DNA of 32,000 nt from Candidatus Saccharimonadota bacterium (lineage in GTDB: Archaea; Nanohalarchaeota; Nanosalinia; Nanosalinales; Nanosalinaceae): NCBI RefSeq assembly GCF_047555085.1, contig NZ_CP180230.1, positions 270,001 through 302,000 of the forward strand. The letters run 5' to 3'. Positions within the stretch are counted from its first letter, which is position 1. Every line of letters begins with the position of its first letter. The notes under the pieces are model-generated. The model was given only the letters and a program-made list of their open reading frames with translations, was not told the origin of the DNA and ran no database searches. Below are positions 7,906-15,781 of this stretch, piece after piece. Both the position numbers and the translations under genes were made by a program.

Positions 7906-8667
7906 CTATCTGAATTCTTCAGGCACTACGGATGGCGGAAGATAATCTCTTTCTGTTCCAAGGCCTTGACGCTGTAAACTTGATTCAAGTGCATTGATAG
8001 GTTCTTCATCGTAGTCGAGATGGATTGTCTCCCAGTACTCGTCGCCTCCGATTCCGTGTTTCCGCATCTCTTCCTCGTTCCTTGGAGCGGTGACTTCCTG
8101 CTCGTAAAGAGTTATCATCGCTTTGAAGCTCTGCGGGAAAACCGTGACAGAGTTCACGCCAAAAGTTTCAGGCCAGACGGTTACAGGCCCTGTAGAAACA
8201 TGTTTGGTGTAACTGTCGACGTCCATGAATCTGTTGACATTCCCGTTCTGTCTCGTAGTCATCTTGTACATGAACTCGGCATCGAAGTCGTCAAATCCTT
8301 CATCAAGGATCTGCATCAGGCCTCTGAAATCATCGCTTACTTCCACAGAAGCAGGAGAAAGCTCCCTCTGAATCACAGGATAACTATCTGCATCCCACGG
8401 AACGCTTACACTGTTGTCGAGATCGAAGTCCTCCAGAACGTATCTGGAGGCCAGCAAAAGATCTTTCTCCATATCCTCGACAAGCTCTTCGCCAGAATCC
8501 CCGTAGAAAACCACACGCGGCTCCAGAACATCGTCTGAATCAACTTCATCTACAAGAAAAACGTCAAGAGGCCTGAATCCGAAGGCCTCTTTCTCCTCAC
8601 GTGAAGGGAAAATCTCTCCGCTGTAATCTATCGAAAAATCTACCGGAGGCTTTCCCTGGCGGGACAT
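7906..8667 (-). CDS. hypothetical acidic protein (253 aa)
   Basis: Long ORF with the window-typical acidic composition, co-oriented between pcn and the desulfurase block. No motif recognised. Confidence 0.5.
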   Translation of the reverse strand: MSRQGKPPVDFSIDYSGEIFPSREEKEAFGFRPLDVFLVDEVDSDDVLEPRVVFYGDSGEELVEDMEKDLLLASRYVLEDFDLDNSVSVPWDADSYPVIQRELSPASVEVSDDFRGLMQILDEGFDDFDAEFMYKMTTRQNGNVNRFMDVDSYTKHVSTGPVTVWPETFGVNSVTVFPQSFKAMITLYEQEVTAPRNEEEMRKHGIGGDEYWETIHLDYDEEPINALESSLQRQGLGTERDYLPPSVVPEEFR

Positions 8668-8688
8668 AGAAAATCAGGTTAGAGGAAT

Positions 8689-9441
8689 TTAATCCTCTTC
8701 GATTCTCGGTGCCAGTACAAAGCTGAGATCAGCTTTTTCAGGTACAACGAACTCCAGTCTCATCGGGAAGTCATCGCCAAGCTTCATAGCGACAGTATCT
8801 GAAAGACTCTTCCCCTTGATCATCTTTGAAAGATAATCAAGTGAGAACATCGAAGAGGCCTCCGTTCCCTCAAGTGAGATAACTCCTTCGGCGTCGCTGG
8901 AGATCTCGAAGTCCACGTTCGACTGATCTCCCTTCGAGACAATCTGGATGCTTTCCGAGTCAGCGGAAACAGTTACGGAGTCCGAAACTACCATTGCATC
9001 CTTTACAGCGCCTTCAAGTACTGAGGCCTCCAGTTCAGCTTCAACTGTGAAGTCAAGCTGATCTGTGCTTGGGATGTCATCCTCGGAAAGGTTGAGGATA
9101 GGAAGTGAGAAGTTTCGTGTTGAAGCTCCTTCCATAGTGATGTGGAACTTTGACTCATCTTCGTCAAGTTCAAAAGTAATAGTATCGTCAGAATTTGCTC
9201 TTCTGAGGATCGAGTAAAAGTTTTCAAGGTTCAGGCCTACTTTTTCCTCTTCGTCAAGTTCATAGCTCTCGAATACGTCTTCCTGAAGAGTGAAGTCGAC
9301 GAGTGCAACCATCGCTGGATCAGCAGCGATCAACTGGATCCCATCATCGGTTAACTGGAACAGTCCCTCGCTGATAAGATCTGAAATGGTTTTCATGGAA
9401 TCCTTGACAAGTCCGACTTCTTCTAGTTCAGCCTTAAACAA
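8689..9441 (-). CDS. pcn: DNA polymerase sliding clamp PCNA
   Basis: 250 aa. FKAELEEVGLVKDSMKTISDLISEGLFQLTDDGIQLIAADPAMVALVDF is the typical archaeal PCNA N-terminus. Two-domain length and a C-terminal LAPRIEE. Confidence 0.9.
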   Translation of the reverse strand: MFKAELEEVGLVKDSMKTISDLISEGLFQLTDDGIQLIAADPAMVALVDFTLQEDVFESYELDEEEKVGLNLENFYSILRRANSDDTITFELDEDESKFHITMEGASTRNFSLPILNLSEDDIPSTDQLDFTVEAELEASVLEGAVKDAMVVSDSVTVSADSESIQIVSKGDQSNVDFEISSDAEGVISLEGTEASSMFSLDYLSKMIKGKSLSDTVAMKLGDDFPMRLEFVVPEKADLSFVLAPRIEED

Positions 9442-9458
9442 AATTTTTCACCTTATTG

Positions 9459-9797
9459 TTATTCAGTAGTGGATACAACTTTTTTAATCCTACTGTAGTT
9501 GTCCGGATCCACGTCGGAAAAGTCCTGTACGATCTCTCCCTGGATCTCAAAGCTGTCCGGTGTAGGAAGTACGCGTCCGAAGATACGGACTCTCTGACTT
9601 TCCTCCAGATCTTCTATCTTATCTTCTTCCAGAAATACGTCAACAGAACCTGTACTGTCGTCCACAGAGATTGAATCATCATCTATGGAAAGAACAGTTC
9701 CAACTACACGTACACGAATATCTTCACGTGGATCAATATCCTCGATATTTTTAGGCCTTGCAGGCGCTCTACGTTGATTATCTTGAGTATCAGGCAT
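9459..9797 (-). CDS. OB-fold nucleic-acid-binding protein (112 aa)
   Basis: The core IRVRVVGTVLSIDDDSISVDDSTGSVDVFL...RVRIFGRVL is a tRNA_anti/RPA-type OB pattern. The ORF track extends to 9899, but that Cys/Phe-rich extension overlaps the divergent LamG start. The ATG at 9795-9797 (MPDTQDNQ...) is preferred. Confidence 0.6.
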   Translation of the reverse strand: MPDTQDNQRRAPARPKNIEDIDPREDIRVRVVGTVLSIDDDSISVDDSTGSVDVFLEEDKIEDLEESQRVRIFGRVLPTPDSFEIQGEIVQDFSDVDPDNYSRIKKVVSTTE

Positions 9798-9892
9798 GAA
9801 ACAGAAACAGGTTACAAATGTTTTAACTGTACTCCTGCACCAGTCAGCACAAACAAGTAAAAGCAGGCCTGTAACAAAACAGTAAACAGGGA

Positions 9893-10558
9893 ATGACACT
9901 TGTCGGATACTGGCCTTTGAACGAAGAATCTGGATCGAAGGCCTATGATCACTCCGGAAACGAGAATCACGGAACTTTAACTGGAGAAGTCACTCGGCGA
10001 GTTACAGGCCTGCTAGGAGACACATCATACAGTTTTGATGGAGATAATGATTATGTGGGCATTGGTGAGCCCTCTGGATTTGGAAATAGTTCTCTGGGAA
10101 ATTCTGTTTCCGTATCTGGATGGTTCTATCCGAGAGCTGATCAAGGGGATATTTTCAGCCATGCCAGTGATTCAAACAATGATAATTTGAGAGTATTCTG
10201 GAATTCTAGTCGGAACACTTGGGGTAGTTACATCCATGCAAATAACTCCAACACTATGGACTGGAATACTTCGCCAGAATTGAACTCATGGAATCATGTT
10301 GTTTTGATATACGATGGAGAAAATCAATACCAATATTTGAACAATGAACTTGTTGCACAAAAGTCTAATACTGGAGATCTTGCTAGTTCAAAAGGCTCGC
10401 CGTGGACTGTAGGATCTAGAGGAGGAGACAGCTCGTTTTTTGATGGAAAAATTTCTGAAGTAAGACTCTACGACAGGCCTTTGACAGAAAGTGAAATCCA
10501 GTACCTGTATAGTGTTGGAAGTAGAGGCCTTCAGACGACAGTTAAGAAGTCGAGCTAG
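9893..10558 (+). CDS. LamG / concanavalin-A-like lectin fold protein (221 aa), paralogue of 1181..1822
   Basis: MTLVGYWPLNEESGSKAYDHSGNENHGT, LGDTSYSFDGDNDYV, WNHVVLIYDG, GKISEVRLYDRPLTESEIQYLYSVGSRGLQTT. No signal peptide or TM segment. Confidence 0.7.
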   Translation: MTLVGYWPLNEESGSKAYDHSGNENHGTLTGEVTRRVTGLLGDTSYSFDGDNDYVGIGEPSGFGNSSLGNSVSVSGWFYPRADQGDIFSHASDSNNDNLRVFWNSSRNTWGSYIHANNSNTMDWNTSPELNSWNHVVLIYDGENQYQYLNNELVAQKSNTGDLASSKGSPWTVGSRGGDSSFFDGKISEVRLYDRPLTESEIQYLYSVGSRGLQTTVKKSS

Positions 10559-10585
10559 GAGTTTTCTTTTTCAGACAGTTTTTTA

Positions 10586-10813
10586 TTGAGGCCTTGGTAT
10601 TTTCTTGTTGTGGATCAGGAGTCGAAGCATGACTTGGGTTACTGGTTGAGTATCCTGGGTTTCGCAATGGTTGTACTGGTAGGTCTTTTCTACAGTTTTG
10701 TGAGTTTGAATGCTGAGGCTGGCGTGGTTCTCGTGGTTCTTGGCTTCGTCTTGTTTGTGATAGGTGCGGAGCTGGCTCTGAGGAATCAGAAGCATGTGGA
10801 ATCCGGTGACTGA
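10586..10813 (+). CDS. possible small two-TM membrane protein
   Basis: Two hydrophobic stretches (LSILGFAMVVLVGLFYSFV, GVVLVVLGFVLFVIGAEL). Only non-ATG starts are available (TTG at 10586, GTG downstream), so it is uncertain whether the gene is real. Confidence 0.35.
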   Translation: MRPWYFLVVDQESKHDLGYWLSILGFAMVVLVGLFYSFVSLNAEAGVVLVVLGFVLFVIGAELALRNQKHVESGD

Positions 10814-10863
10814 AGCCGATTTTTTGTTAAGCTTCAAATACGTGGATAGTACATTTTTGTTCT

Positions 10864-11472
10864 ATGGGTCTTTTGGGAAGCGGTTCCGGTACGGCTGAAG
10901 GAATAGAGAATATCGCGCAGCGGCTTGAGAACCTTGAGTCGCATCTGAACGCTGTTGACAGCGCAGTACAGGATATAGGAGGCCGACTGGAGAATATCAA
11001 CCAGAACACTGTTACACGTCAGGAGCTTGCACAGATACTTGAACAACCGGATAACGACGACGTCGATCTCGAAGAACTGAAGGATTTCTTCGTCCAGTTA
11101 AGCCGCCAGCAGAAAAAAACAGAGCAGAGAGTCGACGAGATCGAAAATCTTGAATCAGAACTTGTTGAAACGCTTCAAAGCATGCAGAAAACGCTGAAGA
11201 AGGCGCACAAAAACACTAAGAATCTTGAAAGCCGTGTACAGTCTATAGAGAAAAAGGCCTCAAGCTTTGATCGACGTCTAGATGAACACGAGGAGAAACT
11301 TGAGGAAACTACAGAAATAAAGGAAGAGCTGGAGGAAGTTGAACGCGAGGCCTCTGCTGAAAACTCTCAGGAAAGTAAAAGCTTCGAGGAACGTCAGGAA
11401 GACGTTGAAGACGAACTTAAAGAACTCAGAGGATCTATAAAGCAGTTTTCTGAAAAAATTTCAGAGGAGTAA
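10864..11472 (+). CDS. acidic coiled-coil protein (hypothetical)
   Basis: 202 aa with heptad-like repeats rich in E/L/K/Q (LENLESHLNAVDSAVQDIGGRLENI, EIENLESELVETLQSMQKTLKK). No catalytic motif. Confidence 0.5.
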   Translation: MGLLGSGSGTAEGIENIAQRLENLESHLNAVDSAVQDIGGRLENINQNTVTRQELAQILEQPDNDDVDLEELKDFFVQLSRQQKKTEQRVDEIENLESELVETLQSMQKTLKKAHKNTKNLESRVQSIEKKASSFDRRLDEHEEKLEETTEIKEELEEVEREASAENSQESKSFEERQEDVEDELKELRGSIKQFSEKISEE

Positions 11473-11497
11473 AAAATTCCCCTGATTTTTGAGGCCT

Positions 11498-11848
11498 CTA
11501 GTCGTATTCTTTGTGGACGTTTCCGCAGTCACGGCACTTGTAAAATCTTGTAGGTGGCTCGTCGCTGCTTCTTGTCTGTTCCATCCACCATTCATGTTCT
11601 TTCTCATCTTCGTTATCGGATGAACATTTAGGGCATACTTTGTTTGTTGTAGGCCTTGTTGATTCGTTGTTTGCTCCTTCGTTAACGTTTAAACGATCCA
11701 TAGGATCTTCTTCTTTTGTCTCTGTTACTCTGTAGCTGCCGTCGACGTCGTGAACAGTCCCACAGTCACGGCATTTCATCACTGATTCTCCATCTACTTT
11801 TTCAGAGACAAGTAGTCCTCCACAGTCTTCGTCTTTACAGAACTCCAT
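11498..11848 (-). CDS. tfs: transcription factor S (TFS / RpoM-like)
   Basis: N-terminal zinc ribbon (C..C...CRDC). C-terminal ribbon CPKC....QTRSSDEPPTRFYKCRDCG with the acidic DE hairpin typical of TFIIS/TFS domain III. Confidence 0.8.
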   Translation of the reverse strand: MEFCKDEDCGGLLVSEKVDGESVMKCRDCGTVHDVDGSYRVTETKEEDPMDRLNVNEGANNESTRPTTNKVCPKCSSDNEDEKEHEWWMEQTRSSDEPPTRFYKCRDCGNVHKEYD

Positions 11849-11883
11849 GGTTAAGCTACATGTGCACCTTACATTTAAATGGG

Positions 11884-12657
11884 TTAAGCTGATCCACAGC
11901 TCGGAGTGTTATCGATGACGAAAGGCTGATCGCCGCTATACCCCATGAAATCCATCAGTAAAATCTTCACAAGGCCCAGTCGCGGAATCTCCACTGCAAC
12001 TGTTCCATGAATCTGATCAGGCCTCACACTGTCCTCGAACTCCAGCTGCCCGCGATTATTATCTCCCATAGTCTCAACGTGATCATCACTCTTCTCGATA
12101 ACACGGTGGACTATAGGAACGTTCCCGTAAGGAAGATCAGTCAGATAATCTATCTCGATGCTACCTCCAGCGAACTCGTAACTGTTGCCTTCCACAAGAA
12201 CAGAGTCGTCTCCTCCTGATTCAGGGATCGAACCATTGATCCTGAAGATTGCAGAGTCTCTAGAACGATCAGTAGTTGAAGGCCTCACATCAACAAGCTG
12301 GACAGTCCCGATACCTGTCTCAACTGTTTCACTTGGCTGCTCCTCAGAGGCCTCTAAAGTATAACTTTCTCCGTTGACAGTAAACTCTGCTCTGTCAGGC
12401 ACATCGTACACGATTATATCATCCTCCTGTATCTCACTGTAATCCTCGCTCTGGACAACAAGGATATCACCTACCTGGAGCGCAGGACACATCGAAGTCG
12501 AAATAACAGTTACGACAGGTTTCTCCGTTCCAAGGCCTGCTCCAGCCGTCTGAAGGATGCCGAACGCCAGAACAATAGACAGAATCAGAAAGTACGACTC
12601 ATCCAGAAAACGGTTCTCATCGACAAAATCCTTCAAGGCCTGAAGTTCACTGTTCAT
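11884..12657 (-). CDS. signal peptidase I, archaeal/eukaryotic Sec11 type (S26B), with a large insertion
   Basis: N-terminal TM segment. Ser box VISTSMCPALQVGDILVV, GDIIVY-like box (DDIIVYD), His box PIVHRVIEK, and GDNN box (TMGDNNRGQ). Confidence 0.8.
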   Translation of the reverse strand: MNSELQALKDFVDENRFLDESYFLILSIVLAFGILQTAGAGLGTEKPVVTVISTSMCPALQVGDILVVQSEDYSEIQEDDIIVYDVPDRAEFTVNGESYTLEASEEQPSETVETGIGTVQLVDVRPSTTDRSRDSAIFRINGSIPESGGDDSVLVEGNSYEFAGGSIEIDYLTDLPYGNVPIVHRVIEKSDDHVETMGDNNRGQLEFEDSVRPDQIHGTVAVEIPRLGLVKILLMDFMGYSGDQPFVIDNTPSCGSA

Positions 12658-12741
12658 ACAACAAACAGTTTTCCACCACTTATTTTTAAACTGACGACTT
12701 CACTCAAGAAAATCTTCCAGAAAAACTGAAGTAGGAAAAAT

Positions 12742-12860
12742 AGTGCTGGCAGTGTCCTGGAATTCCCGCCGAAAGGCAGTACCGGCCAGATCGCTGAGAA
12801 GCTTAACTTCCGTGTTCGGAATGGGTACGGGTGTAACCTTCACGCTGTGACCGCCAGCAA
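12742..12860 (-). rRNA. 5S ribosomal RNA (stand-alone)
   Basis: The reverse complement reads UUGCUGGCGGUCACAGCGUGAAGGUUACACCCGUACCCAUUCCGAACACGGAAGUUAAGCUUCUCAGCGAUCUGGCCGGUACUGCC...CACUGCCAGCAC. It has the universal CCGAACACGGAAGUUAAGC loop C/helix III region, and the 5' and 3' ends pair (GCUGGCGG/CUGCCAGC). No 16S/23S in the window. Confidence 0.9.
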
Positions 12861-12881
12861 CAAACAAACAGGCCTTAAACC

Positions 12882-12888
12882 TTATAAA
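12882..12888 (-). promoter_or_regulatory. TATA box (TTTATAA on the minus strand) for the 5S rRNA gene
   Basis: Centred about 25 nt upstream of the inferred 5S 5' end. Oligo-T tracts follow the 3' end (minus-strand reading of 12700-12741). Confidence 0.45.
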
Positions 12889-12994
12889 CCATGCCAAAGG
12901 ATAGGCCTCTCTGCCCCGGGGGGAAAGTATTCTCGTGGTGCTTTACCAATCGAAATGTTTATTTTACAGGCCTCGAAAAGTCTTTACTATAGGA

Positions 12995-13261
12995 ATGATT
13001 CTGAAAAACAGAAAAGGCTCGGCTCTGGGAGGAGGAAGCGATAAAGGAAAACTGAAGAAGCTTCTCGAGGGATCAACACTTGTAGATCTTCTTACTCTCG
13101 GAGTTCTCGGATACAACTTCACCCTTCTGAGAGACTCCGGATACGGCTCCTCAAGTCTTCTCCAGATGCCAGGAAGCCAGGAGATGCTCGCCGCCCAGCT
13201 GACAGCCCTAGTAATAGCTATCTACGTTATAGAAGCGATAATCGACAGCGCAGGCGAATAA
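12995..13261 (+). CDS. possible small membrane protein (88 aa)
   Basis: In-frame ATG at 12995 (MILKNRKGS...). Hydrophobic segments LVDLLTLGVLGY and LTALVIAIYVIEAII. The upstream part of the track ORF (from 12935) abuts the 5S promoter region. Confidence 0.4.
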   Translation: MILKNRKGSALGGGSDKGKLKKLLEGSTLVDLLTLGVLGYNFTLLRDSGYGSSSLLQMPGSQEMLAAQLTALVIAIYVIEAIIDSAGE

Positions 13262-13307
13262 AAAAATACAGTCAAGGCCTCAGAGCATTTTATCCATCAA
13301 AAATTTT

Positions 13308-13733
13308 TCACAGAAAGCTCAGAAGCTCCTCTCCACGTCCTTTGGATATCCTTGACGAAACAACTTCATCTTTATACAGGCCACATCCCACAACTTTACC
13401 CTCGAAAACTATAGCAACGTATCCTTCTTCAGAGGCCTCTGCAGGAACCATCTCTCCGTCTAAAATCTCTTTAAGTTCTTCTTTATCCAGTTCTACATTG
13501 TTACGGGAGATCTCATCGCTCAGAAGCTGTAGAGCATACGTAGTAGGCTTCAGAAACTTTCCAGTATCCCGTAAAGCTCTGATTCCACGCGTCTCGGAGT
13601 CAATATCCCTGTCTTCTTTTTCCGAAACTAGCCAGAAATCTCCCGAGATCTTCTCCAGCTCCAGGCCTTCAATATTATCTATATCTACTTCAAAACGTTC
13701 ATCAAAAAATTCAGAGGCATCTTCCACCTTCAT
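13308..13733 (-). CDS. RsmF-type PUA-like RNA-binding domain protein (stand-alone)
   Basis: The C-terminal GYVAIVFEGKVVGCGLYKDEVVSSRISKGRG resembles the PUA-like C-terminal domain attached to RsmF/NSUN methyltransferases. Lies directly downstream of the NSUN gene. The ATG at 13731-13733 (MKVEDASE...) is preferred over the track start at 13772, which overlaps the upstream gene. Confidence 0.5.
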   Translation of the reverse strand: MKVEDASEFFDERFEVDIDNIEGLELEKISGDFWLVSEKEDRDIDSETRGIRALRDTGKFLKPTTYALQLLSDEISRNNVELDKEELKEILDGEMVPAEASEEGYVAIVFEGKVVGCGLYKDEVVSSRISKGRGEELLSFL

Positions 13734-13740
13734 GCTGTCT

Positions 13741-14637
13741 CTACTTTCTGAACCTGGCAACGAATATTCCACCCGAATTCAGATGATGCGGATAAATCCT
13801 CACGGTTTTAGACATTTCCTCTCCAAACTCCAGGCCTGAAAAATTCTCCACTCCTCTCCTACTTTCTACATCTGTATCGATATCTTCAAGCTTCACATCT
13901 TTTTCATCCAGAGCTTTAGATACTACGGCCTCGTTCTCCTCCGGTGCAAAAGTACATGTCGAGTAGACAACTACGCCACCCTCCTTTACTATCTGGAAGG
14001 CCTTCTCCAGCAACTGGTACTGTAACTCGGCCAGGTGCTCTCTTTCATGACTGCTTGAGGCCTCAAAACTTCTTCTAGCATTATTTCCCTCGCCACTGCA
14101 CGGTGCATCAACAAGAACACGGTCAAATTTTTCTGTTCCTGGAATCCTGCGCCCATCGTAGTTCGTTACATCCACGATAGCGGATCCTGTCCTGTAAATA
14201 TTTGCATGAAGACTTTTCAAGCGCCTTGAGGAATCATCATTCGACACGACAAGGCCTCTGTTATCCATCTTCGATGCAATCTGTGTTGTCTTTCCTCCAG
14301 GAGCGGCACACATGTCAAGAACTTTTTCGCCAGGCCTTGGATCGAGAACTTCCACGGGGAGCGATGCACTTTCCTCCTGTACATAGTACTCTCCTCGCCA
14401 GTGAAGCATAGACTTTCCGGGAGATTTGCTGCGTGGAAGCCTGTACACATCACTGTTCCAGTCCGATTTCTCGGCTTCCGGAAAATCTTTTTTCAGAGCC
14501 TGTTCAAAGCTTTTTCGAGCCTTGAGAGGATTTCTTCTTACTGCCGGAACTGCATCCTTCTGACACTCCTCCCTGAAGGCCTCCCAGTCATCTATTATCG
14601 GTTTATAGCGTTCCATAAAATTTTTCTCTTCTCTCAC
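13741..14637 (-). CDS. NOL1/NOP2/Sun family RNA cytosine-C5 methyltransferase
   Basis: VLDMCAAPGGKTTQIA (SAM motif I), DRVLVDAPCSGEG (motif IV with catalytic Cys), YSTCTFAPEENE (motif VI TC), and a C-terminal IYPHHLNSGGIFVARFRK. Confidence 0.9.
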   Translation of the reverse strand: MREEKNFMERYKPIIDDWEAFREECQKDAVPAVRRNPLKARKSFEQALKKDFPEAEKSDWNSDVYRLPRSKSPGKSMLHWRGEYYVQEESASLPVEVLDPRPGEKVLDMCAAPGGKTTQIASKMDNRGLVVSNDDSSRRLKSLHANIYRTGSAIVDVTNYDGRRIPGTEKFDRVLVDAPCSGEGNNARRSFEASSSHEREHLAELQYQLLEKAFQIVKEGGVVVYSTCTFAPEENEAVVSKALDEKDVKLEDIDTDVESRRGVENFSGLEFGEEMSKTVRIYPHHLNSGGIFVARFRK

Positions 14638-15200
14638 AGGTCCGAAAGTTTTTGCTGTCCCGTGTTTTCTTTCCCAAAGGCCTTCCTCAGATCTTTCTCC
14701 AGATCAGGTGTTTTAGATCTGTCGTACAGCGTCGCTGCCGGATGATATATCGGCATAATCTTCTGCCCTTCCCGCGTAAAAATTCTGCCGTGTATCTTGC
14801 TGATGCCTTTGGAAGTATCCAGCATGTGCCTGGAGGCAAAGTTTCCGAGCGTCAAAATTATATCAGGATTCACGTTTTCGATCTCCTTCTCCAGTAGCGG
14901 CGCCCAGGCCTCTATCTCATCGCTTTTCGGATCACGATTGTCCGGAGGCCTGATCTTCACAAGATTCGTGATGTAGATATCTCCACGATCAACGTTGATA
15001 TCTTTCAGTACGTCGTTCATCTTTTCTCCGGCTCTGCCGACGAAAGGCTCGCCTTGCTCTACTTCGTTAGCTCCAGGGGCCTCTCCGATCATCATCACTT
15101 CTGCGTCCTCCGGGCCTACAGCAGGGACGAAGCGTTCTTCGTCAAAGTATTTTTCATCCAGCTGTTCGAAGAATTCGCTGTATTTATCCCGGAAACTCAT
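14634..15200 (-). CDS. udg: uracil-DNA glycosylase, family-4-like, cysteine-free
   Basis: GEAPGANEVEQGEPFVGRAGEKMNDVL (family 4 motif A) and IYHPAATLY (motif B). The protein contains no cysteine at all. The stop overlaps the NSUN start by 4 nt. Confidence 0.85.
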   Translation of the reverse strand: MSFRDKYSEFFEQLDEKYFDEERFVPAVGPEDAEVMMIGEAPGANEVEQGEPFVGRAGEKMNDVLKDINVDRGDIYITNLVKIRPPDNRDPKSDEIEAWAPLLEKEIENVNPDIILTLGNFASRHMLDTSKGISKIHGRIFTREGQKIMPIYHPAATLYDRSKTPDLEKDLRKAFGKENTGQQKLSDL

Positions 15201-15283
15201 ACTCAGAGTTTTGTCGCATAGAACTTTTAATCCAACTGGAGAATACAGGCCTTCACCGCATAATCCTATTATGGCCTCTGAGG

Positions 15284-15700
15284 TTAGCCTGTTGAAAGGT
15301 ATGTGCTGAATATGTTACCTGTCTGTATTTCGCCGTAGGAGTCCACTCTGTAATTCTCTCCTGTTTTCTCACCTGATCTACACTGGATTACCTGTGTCGA
15401 TTCCTCTTCCTGTGCGATCCAGAAAACTCCGGCGTGGAACAGGTATCTCGATCCTGTGCATTCATTACATTCTATCTCTCCTGTCAACGGCGTCGTGTTC
15501 GCCTCCATAGTAGTTCTGTTTATAGAGACCTCTTCACATGGACAGCCTGTTAGCGTGCATGTTCCTCTTCCGAAAGGCGAGATATTTATCAGGCCTGCGA
15601 AGATAAATCCTGAGAAAACTAGCGCCGTCACTGCCAGGCCCAAAAGTTTCCCGCGGTCCGAAGTATCAAGCTCCGAAGGATTCATCGGAAAAGACATCAC
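15284..15700 (-). CDS. membrane-anchored Cys-rich protein (hypothetical)
   Basis: 138 aa with one N-terminal TM segment (LLGLAVTALVFSGFIFAGLI), then a domain with 7 Cys (CTLTGCPCEE, ECNECTG) and N-x-T sequons. Confidence 0.5.
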   Translation of the reverse strand: MMSFPMNPSELDTSDRGKLLGLAVTALVFSGFIFAGLINISPFGRGTCTLTGCPCEEVSINRTTMEANTTPLTGEIECNECTGSRYLFHAGVFWIAQEEESTQVIQCRSGEKTGENYRVDSYGEIQTGNIFSTYLSTG

Positions 15701-15781
15701 AGAAAATTTTCTGAGGCCTCTGCTAAAAAACTTCTGTCCAGATACACCATCTGAAGGAATTTTTCCCGAGGCCTTCGGGAT

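Noticed and set aside
9798-9899. N-terminal 34-codon extension of the OB-fold ORF (MSFPVYCFVTGLLLLVCADWC...)
   Set aside because: It would overlap the divergent LamG start and swallow the shared promoter spacer, and its composition is atypical. The internal ATG at 9797 gives a sensible 112-aa OB-fold protein.
1181-10558. LamG paralogues as targets of a diversity-generating retroelement
   Set aside because: No reverse transcriptase or template repeat lies in the window. Divergence is spread over the whole core rather than confined to adenine-templated positions, and DGR targets are usually C-type-lectin or Ig-like folds.
12700-12897. 65-aa minus-strand ORF
   Set aside because: It coincides with the 5S rRNA gene; the 5S assignment explains the sequence completely.
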